The position numbers and the translations under genes are program-made. From Candidatus Micrarchaeia archaeon (GTDB taxonomy: Archaea; Micrarchaeota; Micrarchaeia; Micrarchaeales; Micrarchaeaceae): 23,427 nucleotides of DNA. The stretch spans positions 1-23,427 of the forward strand of contig JBMFWY010000013.1 in assembly GCA_049964795.1 (NCBI GenBank), written 5' to 3'. This document shows, one piece after another, positions 1 to 10,033 of the stretch (positions are counted from its first letter, which is position 1; each line of letters begins with the position of its first letter). The notes beneath the pieces are model-generated. The model had not been told where the DNA came from and searched no databases. It was given only the letters and a program-made list of their open reading frames with translations.

Positions 1-987
1 CTTAGAGGCAGTATTGTCCCAGCTGAAACTTTTTGCGTACTCGACAGCTTCATCCGAAAGCTCTGGCTTTTCCTTCGCAAGCCTTGATATAAGGTCCGAC
101 GCCGAGCTTTCGCTTGTTTTTATCGCGTATTTTGAGACTGCTTTTGGGATATCTGCATTCTCAAGGATTACTGCAGGCGTGCCTACTGCCATAGCTTCTA
201 ATATCGGCACGCCAAAGCCTTCCAACTTGCTGAAATGCAGCAACGCAATGCTTTTTTTGAGCTTTTCAATTATCTCCTCTGTAGATGCGCCTATTATAAT
301 TTTGACTTTTTCCATTTCAAAATATTTTGGATTTATAAGGTCCTTGTGCGTAGGCGTGAATATGTAAAGCTTATTCGATCCGGTTTCGGCCTTTTTGAAA
401 GCTGAAATGAGAAAAGGTATGTTTTTGTGGGAATACTGCACAGAGCCAACGTAAACAAAGTCGCTTCTGTCTCTGCCTTCTTGGACCTTTTCCTTTATGA
501 AAGCGTCATCTATGGCATGCAGTATTACCTCGTTTATTTTGTCTTCACATTTGCCTATGTATGGAACAAGGCTTTTTCTCGTTTCTTCACTATTGTAGGT
601 AATTCCCTGCGCCCTGCCTGTATTTCTCAGCGCAGGCAAAACTACGCCAAGATAGTGGTAGAAGTCGGGATTTAGGGGATTGTATACTGCATATCTGGTG
701 AATATTGAGGCATCATGCCATGTTACCGCGTAAGGGGCTTTTGTTCTTGCGTAAATTGCGTTAGGATAGGTAAGGTGCACAATGTCTACATCCTCGTCTA
801 TCTTGGTGCCTATAAAATAGCGCTTAAACCCTGGCAAGATGTTAGCTACAAAGCCCATTTTGCTCTTTGCCTCGTAAACAAAAACGGTGTTCGATTTTTG
901 CAGGCGCTTGTAGAGCTCGTAGGAATATCTGCTTACTCCATCTTTGTTGGAAAAGTTGAAATCATGTCCTACCAGAGCAATCTTCAT
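1..987 (-). CDS. Glycosyltransferase family 4 (GT-B, RfaB-like); 3' end runs off the window
   Basis: Not in the ORF track because it has no stop in the window. Manual translation from ATG 987 gives MKIALVGHDFNFSNKDGVSRYSYELYKRL. The GT4 E-x7-E motif EGFGVPILEAMAVGTP lies at about 175-222. SD-like GAAGGAGA at 992-999 (minus). I read the start and the motif region, not every codon between them. Confidence 0.9.
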   Translation of the reverse strand, partial: MKIALVGHDFNFSNKDGVSRYSYELYKRLQKSNTVFVYEAKSKMGFVANILPGFKRYFIGTKIDEDVDIVHLTYPNAIYARTKAPYAVTWHDASIFTRYAVYNPLNPDFYHYLGVVLPALRNTGRAQGITYNSEETRKSLVPYIGKCEDKINEVILHAIDDAFIKEKVQEGRDRSDFVYVGSVQYSHKNIPFLISAFKKAETGSNKLYIFTPTHKDLINPKYFEMEKVKIIIGASTEEIIEKLKKSIALLHFSKLEGFGVPILEAMAVGTPAVILENADIPKAVSKYAIKTSESSASDLISRLAKEKPELSDEAVEYAKSFSWDNTASK

Positions 988-1116
988 AGCATCTCCTTCG
1001 TGTATTTTATTTTTTGCATGGGCATCTATAAATATGGTTTATACAGAATTAAGCTTGATGCGCATGCACGCCTTAGCAGATAGCATAGCCGCATAGCATA
1101 TAAAAGGATAAAGGCA

Positions 1117-1133
1117 GGCAAGGTTTTATATAA
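1117..1133 (+). promoter_or_regulatory. Putative archaeal BRE/TATA promoter of the sulfatase-like gene
   Basis: GCAAGG followed by TTTTATATAA in the divergent intergenic region, about 95 nt upstream of ATG 1227. Confidence 0.45.
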
Positions 1134-1226
1134 GATTACCTAAATTAAGAAAATGTTTGGTTCAGTAAGCAAGCTGGTTTGCGCCCCAACGATTGCACTG
1201 CTCGAACCTTGCGATGGTGCCTTTCA

Positions 1227-2447
1227 ATGAAAAACGAAAAGCCCAACATCATAATAATAGTTTTGGATTCGGTAAGGTTTGACACATTTTACAGCGTTGC
1301 AAAAAGCGTAGGCGAGAAGCTGGACGGCTTTTACCACATACAGAAGTGCATAGCTCCTGCTTCTTGGACCTTGCCTTCCCATGCCTCGCTCTTTTCCGGC
1401 ATGTATCCAAGCGAGCACGGCTCACACGAGACAAAGGAAATAAAGGCACTCGATATAGACCAAATTAAGCTAAGGAAGTACACTATAATAGACGACCTCA
1501 AGGCTTATGGCTATAGGGCTTACGGTATATCCGCAAATCCTTACATACACCCAATCTACGGATTCACAGGCTTCAATTCTTTCATAGAGGAGAGCTATTT
1601 TACCGATTTGCAGGGCCATGTAATAGAAGTTCCAAAAAGGCTAAAGCCCCTGCTTGCAAAGTACAGGATGCAATACGGCGGCAGCTTCTTCAAGATAGGG
1701 TTCGCGATGCTGCGCGACGACCCTGCGCTAGTAACAGAAGTTGTAGGCTTGCCAGAGACAGGAATACTCACCCTGAAAAATATTGCAAAAAGGCTCAAAG
1801 CCAAAATCATAGAGGGTTGGCCTGTTGAAAAAGGAGGCAAGAACGCACTGCCCAATTTCATAAAGTTTAAGGTGAAAGAGCCATTCTTCCTCTTTGTCAA
1901 CCTCATGGAAGCGCACGAGCCTTATGTCGGCAAGAAAGGTATGGATTTTGATTGGTCAACTCCCTTCCTCAAAAAGCAGCCGAGAAGGCAGCTCATAGAG
2001 CTGTGGAGGAAAAAGTATAGAACAGGCATAGCCAAAGCGCTTTCATATGCAACTGGCTTGTATGACTATATAATAGAGAAATATCCAAATTCCATATTCA
2101 TAATAACTTCAGACCACGGGCAGGAGTTCGGAGAACACAATTTCATAGGGCATGGCGCAAGACTCGATGACGAGCTCGTGCACGTGCCATTTCTGATTCA
2201 TTTGCCCGATTGGCTAAAATACAAAAAAAGCAATGATTACATAAGCCTGGCGAATGTCCGCAGATTTATTAATCTTGCGGCTAGCGGAAACAGCGAAAGC
2301 ATAAAGGCATTGTATTCAAAGAAGGTCTACGCTGAAAGTTTTGGCGTGCAGTCCAATTTCACTAAAAACAAGGAGCTACTAGGAAAGTTAAACCTCAAGA
2401 AACTCAATGAGCTGGACAGATACCAAAGGAGGACATTTGGCAACTGA
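1227..2447 (+). CDS. Sulfatase-like / alkaline phosphatase superfamily enzyme (Thr at the nucleophile position)
   Basis: KPNIIIIVLDSVR N-terminal strand, APASWTLPSHASLFSGMYPSEHG, EPFFLFVNLMEAHEPY, IITSDHGQEFGEH and HVPFLI. Start moved from TTG 1179 to ATG 1227, just before the PNI motif. Confidence 0.88.
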   Translation: MKNEKPNIIIIVLDSVRFDTFYSVAKSVGEKLDGFYHIQKCIAPASWTLPSHASLFSGMYPSEHGSHETKEIKALDIDQIKLRKYTIIDDLKAYGYRAYGISANPYIHPIYGFTGFNSFIEESYFTDLQGHVIEVPKRLKPLLAKYRMQYGGSFFKIGFAMLRDDPALVTEVVGLPETGILTLKNIAKRLKAKIIEGWPVEKGGKNALPNFIKFKVKEPFFLFVNLMEAHEPYVGKKGMDFDWSTPFLKKQPRRQLIELWRKKYRTGIAKALSYATGLYDYIIEKYPNSIFIITSDHGQEFGEHNFIGHGARLDDELVHVPFLIHLPDWLKYKKSNDYISLANVRRFINLAASGNSESIKALYSKKVYAESFGVQSNFTKNKELLGKLNLKKLNELDRYQRRTFGN

Positions 2448-2535
2448 TTTGCAAGTCACTTTCTCTTCTTCGGCAGAAAAAGATTGTGTTGCCGCACGTG
2501 ATGGATTTTAATTAAAGCTGAACAAAGAGGTTCCC

Positions 2536-3738
2536 TTGACCAGTATTGGCATTGATGGTAAATTCAAGTTCCTGCTATATTCCAGGGCTTTCAGGAGCGT
2601 GGCGCTCATCTACATGAGCCTCGCATTTTCCCTTTACCTTGTCGTGCTGCACGTGAGCATAATAAATATAGGGCTCGTTGCCGCGGCTACTATGCTAGTA
2701 ATGATATTGCTTACGATGCTGTTCGGCATGATAGGAGACAGGAAAGGCTACAAGACAGAGCTTGTCATCGCAGAGCTCATATCCTTTGCGGGTGCAACGG
2801 TAATAGCTTTTTCAACAAGCGCTTTTTTCGTGATAATAGGGATGATCTTGGCGGGGCTTAGCGGAGGAGCCGGAGGCATGCGGGGCGCCTTTTCTCCGGG
2901 CACAAACGCTTTTGTGGCAAGCATTTACAGCGATGAAAACGAGAGGGTGAAAAAGTACTCCATTATCACCATGACAGCCTCTGCCTCTGCGATAGGCGGC
3001 AGCCTGCTATTCAGCGCTGTTACCCCATTTAGCGCTTATGTTGGCCTTGCGAATGCGTACAGATACTTGTTCATTGTTGCTTCGCTGCTGCTCGGCATAT
3101 CAGTTGTTTTCTTAATGCTGCTCGAAGAGTCGAAGAGACCGGAGAAAACGACGAAGCTTATGAAGGCGAGCAGCATGAAATATTCGCTGCGCGTCATAAC
3201 AGCGAATGCGTTGGGAGGCGTCGGGCTGGGACTTTTCATGCCATTGCTGCCTCTCTGGTTCAAGCTCTCCTACCATGCCGATCCCTTCCAGATAGGGCTT
3301 ATATTCAGTTTTGCGTATATTGCGACAGCCTTCGGTTCTTACGCCTCTTCTAGAATCGCGCACAGGTTTAGCGCGCTCAACATCTCTTCGTATACCAGGA
3401 TGCTGTTAGGAGTCCTGCTTTTTGCCATGGCGGTATCGCCGGCAATGGTGATTGCGGGCGCTTTTTATCTCTTGAGAGCCGTAATAGCGGGCTTTGGCAG
3501 CCCTAGCAGGACAATTATTAACGTTAGGGGCATAGATTCAGAAGACTACGGCTCTGCTACAAGCGTACAAGGCATAGCGTCGAGGGCTGCTCAGTTGAGT
3601 TCTGGCGCAAGCGGCTACCTCCTTGATTATTCCCTTCCTTTCCCGCTGCTTTTGGGCGGCTTGTTGCAGTTGATTAGCGGCGCGAGCTACAAGTTCCTAT
3701 TCAAGGAAAAGAAGAACGCGAAGAAAGAGGAAAAATGA
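2536..3738 (+). CDS. Major facilitator superfamily transporter
   Basis: About 12 hydrophobic segments in 400 aa, motif A-like GMIGDRKGYK after TM2, central hydrophilic loop. GAGGT SD before the TTG start. Confidence 0.9.
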   Translation: MTSIGIDGKFKFLLYSRAFRSVALIYMSLAFSLYLVVLHVSIINIGLVAAATMLVMILLTMLFGMIGDRKGYKTELVIAELISFAGATVIAFSTSAFFVIIGMILAGLSGGAGGMRGAFSPGTNAFVASIYSDENERVKKYSIITMTASASAIGGSLLFSAVTPFSAYVGLANAYRYLFIVASLLLGISVVFLMLLEESKRPEKTTKLMKASSMKYSLRVITANALGGVGLGLFMPLLPLWFKLSYHADPFQIGLIFSFAYIATAFGSYASSRIAHRFSALNISSYTRMLLGVLLFAMAVSPAMVIAGAFYLLRAVIAGFGSPSRTIINVRGIDSEDYGSATSVQGIASRAAQLSSGASGYLLDYSLPFPLLLGGLLQLISGASYKFLFKEKKNAKKEEK

Positions 3739-3798
3739 TGCGTTGAGGCTTTGAACAGCTTTGGAAATCAATGCTAAGCTTCGAGCACTGCACGCATT

Positions 3799-4644
3799 CT
3801 ATATTCCTATAAGCAATCCCCCTACGACTATCGCGATTATTCCAATAACCTGCGGCTTAGTAAGCTTGTCATGGTATATGAAGTGTGCGAGGATTGCTAT
3901 TATGGCAGGAGATCCATTGGATAAAAGAGTTCCTATTGCGAGCTCTTTTATTACTATTACCACGCCATACAACGCGTTTCCCAATCCGGAAAGAAGTCCC
4001 GCGGAGAGCCCGCCAAGGGCGTCCTTCGCGGTAACTTTTCTTGCGCTTTTATGGCTTGAAGTCGAACGCAACATTGCTACCAAGATAATTGCTGCTGCAG
4101 CAGTAAAGCTAATCCAAATCGGCAAGAGCACATTTTTAGTGCTTGATATTGGATTGATGAGCAAAATCCATCCCAGCGCCCAAAATACATTTGCCGCTAT
4201 GGCAGGAACAAGAGCTTTGTTGAATTTCTTTTTTTCAACCGAGACTGCAAGTATCCCAAACAATATAAGCACTCCTCCGGCCACTGCTAGAGCCGAAAGC
4301 CTCTCACCTAAAAACGCAACGCTATACGCTACAATCAGCGCAACCTGTATCTCGATAGTTGCGTACGTGTTTGACGCTTGCTGCCTGCTCAGTGAAAAGA
4401 AGAAAAGCATGTAGCCGATGCCATTCGTAATACCTGCCAAAAGCGAAAACATTATGTTGTTTGCGCTAATGCTGAAATTGCCAATAACAGCTGCCGCTGC
4501 TCCTATGATCATAAGGTTTCCTAAAGCTATGGCGAGTGCTGCAATCGCGTTGCCGTGCTTTGATGAAAACCATTTTACTATTATCCCGGAAAGCGACCAG
4601 GAAAGGGCAATAAAAACAGATAGGTAAATACCTTCTTCCAGCAT
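3799..4644 (-). CDS. EamA/DMT family transporter
   Basis: About 10 TM segments in two repeats, FLGERLS and IYHDKLT...IGI motifs typical of EamA. ATG 4644 preferred over 4692. Confidence 0.88.
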   Translation of the reverse strand: MLEEGIYLSVFIALSWSLSGIIVKWFSSKHGNAIAALAIALGNLMIIGAAAAVIGNFSISANNIMFSLLAGITNGIGYMLFFFSLSRQQASNTYATIEIQVALIVAYSVAFLGERLSALAVAGGVLILFGILAVSVEKKKFNKALVPAIAANVFWALGWILLINPISSTKNVLLPIWISFTAAAAIILVAMLRSTSSHKSARKVTAKDALGGLSAGLLSGLGNALYGVVIVIKELAIGTLLSNGSPAIIAILAHFIYHDKLTKPQVIGIIAIVVGGLLIGI

Positions 4645-4772
4645 GAAACCAGCTTTTTTGCAGAGTTGGCGAGCACGGCATTTTGGCCGCAAATTCGAGT
4701 TTGTTATTGCTGCTCACCTTTATATAAGCATCACATCCGCGTATGGGCGGAATCCGCTTTCCTGCGCAACTA

Positions 4773-4779
4773 TTATAAA
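4773..4779 (+). promoter_or_regulatory. TATA box of the cold-shock gene
   Basis: TTATAAA about 30 nt upstream of ATG 4810. A second TTATATAAA on the minus strand near 4719-4728 would serve the divergent EamA gene. Confidence 0.55.
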
Positions 4780-4809
4780 TCCTCCCGACACAGCTTAAAG
4801 CGTGATTAG

Positions 4810-5001
4810 ATGAAAGGAAAAGTGAAGATGTTCAATTCCTCAAGAGGATTTGGTTTCATCACTGGAGAAGATGGCAAGGACGTATATGTGCACATGACCG
4901 CAATTCAAGGCGGAGCTTCTTTGGCTGTCGGCGATAGCGTAGAATACGAAGTAGAGCAGGGAGATCGTGGACTGAGGGCAAAAAACGTAAGGAAACTCTG
5001 A
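4810..5001 (+). CDS. cspA: Cold-shock protein (CspA family, OB fold)
   Basis: 63 aa: [12 protein letters not shown]1 RGFGFI, RNP2 DVYVH, and [20 protein letters not shown], a textbook cold-shock domain. Confidence 0.95.
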   Translation: MKGKVKMFNSSRGFGFITGEDGKDVYVHMTAIQGGASLAVGDSVEYEVEQGDRGLRAKNVRKL

Positions 5002-5041
5002 TCCTTGGCATATAGCACAATAAGAACAGATTAAGATCGCA

Positions 5042-5062
5042 TTTTTTTCTTTTTTTCTTCTT
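5042..5062 (+). terminator. Oligo-T archaeal intrinsic terminator after csp
   Basis: TTTTTTTCTTTTTTTCTTCTT about 40 nt after the stop codon. Confidence 0.6.
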
Positions 5063-5203
5063 GCTGTTTTGCTTTCTAGCTGTGCCTATACAGCGCGAGC
5101 TTTTGCAAGTCAACGAGCGTGCCAACAACTCGCGGAAAATGTCTTGCAGCGCAAGAAAAATATTTATATATTAAGAAGAAAGCAATACCTTGGAGGTGTT
5201 TAA

Positions 5204-5755
5204 ATGGAGAGATTGCAATCGAAAAAAGATGCAGGGAAGCCTTACGAAACCGCGGAAGAGGCGTTTAACGACATAAATGCGACATTGAAAAATCTTAAAA
5301 CACTAAGAATGCTAAGGCCCAAAGGGCTTTCGCCTTCCAAAGGTGCAGAGAGCATGTTGAAAACAAGTGAAGGAGGGAGGAAGGAAATAAACGAGATAGT
5401 GGCCTCCAAGATTTCTGAAAGCCTCTCACACGGTTTCATAAATGATGCAAGAAAGCTCAAGTTGAAATATATAAGCTACAGCCCACTCTCCAAGGATGAA
5501 TCAGAATACATAGATACTGTGCGGGCAGGCATAGAAAATTTGTTGAAGGATGGCGGCAGCGTTTTGCAAGTCATAAACGCAGCTTATGACCATGGCGTGC
5601 CGATTGAAAAGCTGGTGCCTGCAGCAAAAGACGCATTTAAAAAGAGGATAGAGGAAAATACCCCAGACTCTTTGAAATCAGCAAGCGAGATAGCCCATGC
5701 CTTTCGATTCAAAAGAAGTGAAGTTAGAGAACTGGTGTACGAGCTGCTTGCCTAA
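5204..5755 (+). CDS. Hypothetical soluble, charged, probably alpha-helical protein
   Basis: Strong SD GGAGGTG at 5192-5198, AT-rich TATA-like element at about 5161-5172, 183 aa with native-looking composition. No motif recognised. Confidence 0.75.
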   Translation: MERLQSKKDAGKPYETAEEAFNDINATLKNLKTLRMLRPKGLSPSKGAESMLKTSEGGRKEINEIVASKISESLSHGFINDARKLKLKYISYSPLSKDESEYIDTVRAGIENLLKDGGSVLQVINAAYDHGVPIEKLVPAAKDAFKKRIEENTPDSLKSASEIAHAFRFKRSEVRELVYELLA

Positions 5756-5960
5756 AAAGCTTCTGGTGCAGCGAGCAAATGCAATGCAAAGCTTGAAGAT
5801 TATGGTCTGCAAGGTTAAATTCGTACTTGCCTCTTTTGCCCTTTGCCTTTGACTATTGATTTGGCATGCTTCTGCTCTTCCTATTTACAGTATTTGCCGA
5901 GCCTGTGTCAACTTTAAGCAAAACCTGTTAAAGTTTTTGCTTAGAAATAGATTCGATTTA

Positions 5961-6344
5961 ATGGGTAGAAAAGACTTTGACATTGATGATCTAATAAAAG
6001 GGCAGGAGGAGCGTGAAAGCAGGGCAGAAGCAAGCAAAAACAGCGAAACTGCCGCGCCTAAAGCAGGGAAGACCTACATAGGTCTTGTGGAAAAGTACTT
6101 TTCGGGTTTAAAAGTGGCAGCGGTAGTGCTCGAGGATAGCCTTTCCGTAGGAGACGTAATAGAGATAGGCGACGACGACAACGCCATACGGCAAAGAGTG
6201 GAAAGCATGCAAATAGAAAGGGAAAATGTTGAAGAAGCGCATGCAGGCGATTCTGTCGGGATTCTTGTGCATTGCCCTGTAGAAAGAGGTGCTGCAGTAT
6301 ATAAAATCAACAAGCAACTTCGCAGTAATGGCTTTCAGAATTGA
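5961..6344 (+). CDS. Stand-alone EF-Tu domain II-like / U32 peptidase C-terminal-like beta-barrel protein
   Basis: IGLVEKYFSGLKVAAVVL...LSVGDVIEI...QRVESMQIERENVEEAHAGDSVGI...VYKI pattern. ATG 5961 preferred. Confidence 0.75.
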   Translation: MGRKDFDIDDLIKGQEERESRAEASKNSETAAPKAGKTYIGLVEKYFSGLKVAAVVLEDSLSVGDVIEIGDDDNAIRQRVESMQIERENVEEAHAGDSVGILVHCPVERGAAVYKINKQLRSNGFQN

Positions 6345-6453
6345 AAACTCTGCGGATATTGCAACTCCATGCAAGCTGGATCAAGTTAGACAACGGATAA
6401 ATCTCTTGCAAACTGCTTTATATCTTAAGGGCTTTCTTGTTCTATGGGTTGGT

Positions 6454-6627
6454 ATGGAGAAAAAGAAAGGCAAAAACCGCCAAAGCAAAGAGGATGAGCA
6501 GGACGCACATTACAGGATTTACGGCAAAAAATTCTATGAAGCAAAATATAGCGACGAAATATGCCCCATATGCAAAAGCAGGATAGACGAGCTTGGATAC
6601 TGTGCATGCGGGGCGGGAGGCATGTAA
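6454..6627 (+). CDS. Small Cys-rich (CPxC...CxCG) zinc-finger-like protein, 57 aa
   Basis: From ATG 6454: MEKKKGKNRQ...ICPICKSRIDELGYCACGAGGM. The upstream part of the 112-aa ORF overlaps the previous gene and looks non-coding. Confidence 0.7.
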   Translation: MEKKKGKNRQSKEDEQDAHYRIYGKKFYEAKYSDEICPICKSRIDELGYCACGAGGM

Positions 6628-6670
6628 ACGCGCGCCCGTAGCATATTCAAAAAATACAATTAGGTCTCGC

Positions 6671-9458
<2,788 letters not shown>

Positions 9459-9530
9459 GAAACAAATAAATACTTATACAAAATCTGCGTAGTCTTGAAA
9501 CGGTTTGCGCCATTTTGGTTATTGTCCTAA

Positions 9531-9581
9531 AAGGAAGGCTTATAAATTAGTATTATGCTAAATTATTGAGTAATATACTAA
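9531..9581 (+). promoter_or_regulatory. BRE/TATA plus two tandem TTAG-N7-CTAA operator-like palindromes upstream of the DtxR/MntR gene
   Basis: AAGGAAGG, then TTATAAA (9540-9546), then TTAG-tattatg-CTAA (9547-9561) and TGAG-taatata-CTAA (9567-9581), with a 20-bp period. Confidence 0.7.
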
Positions 9582-9609
9582 AAGTTGCACCGCGTGCAAA
9601 GGGAAGAGC

Positions 9610-10008
9610 ATGATAGTTAAATTTACAAGGAGGGAAAGGGACTGTCTTGAAGAGATAAGGCGTGCCGAAGAAATAAATCTTACCCGGCTCAGCAGAGTTC
9701 TGAACATAAAGCCACCAACTACCCTTGCACTTGCGCAAAGGCTTGTCAAAAAAGGCATGGTATTGAGGGATAAAAACAATCTCTTCAGGCTTACGGAGGC
9801 TGGTGAGAAAAGCTTTGAAAAGATAATTTTCAGGCACCGCGTGCTCGAGACGCTCCTTGCAAACAATGGCGTTAGCGCAAATGATGCCTGCAGGGAATGC
9901 AAGAAGATGGATTTTCTAGTGAGCGACAAGGTGGTCAAAGAGCTGTTCAAAAAACTGCACGAGCCAAAAGATTGCCCTCATGGCAAACCTATAAGGATTA
10001 CCTCGTAG
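9610..10008 (+). CDS. DtxR/MntR-family metal-dependent transcriptional repressor (no C-terminal FeoA/SH3 domain)
   Basis: Winged HTH (LSRVLNIKPPTT...LVKKGMV...FRLTEAGE), RHRVLE dimerisation helix and C-terminal CPHGKPI signature. Confidence 0.9.
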   Translation: MIVKFTRRERDCLEEIRRAEEINLTRLSRVLNIKPPTTLALAQRLVKKGMVLRDKNNLFRLTEAGEKSFEKIIFRHRVLETLLANNGVSANDACRECKKMDFLVSDKVVKELFKKLHEPKDCPHGKPIRITS

Positions 10009-10033
10009 GATGAAAATGCTAAAGGTGTGATAG

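Noticed and set aside
14-1083. Three + strand ORFs (117, 82 and 122 aa)
   Set aside because: Antisense shadows of the minus-strand GT4 gene, which carries the real motifs.
1076-1101. Short GCATA(G) repeats
   Set aside because: Only 3-4 imperfect 5-6-mers with no spacers. Not CRISPR, and no support for function.
3761-4414. 217-aa + strand ORF
   Set aside because: Antisense to the EamA gene; composition typical of a reverse-frame shadow.
4736-4757. Alternative short hairpins (TCCGC/GCGGA/CCGC) between EamA and csp
   Set aside because: Stems of only 4-5 bp lying between the two TATA boxes, so probably untranscribed. No tRNA cloverleaf.
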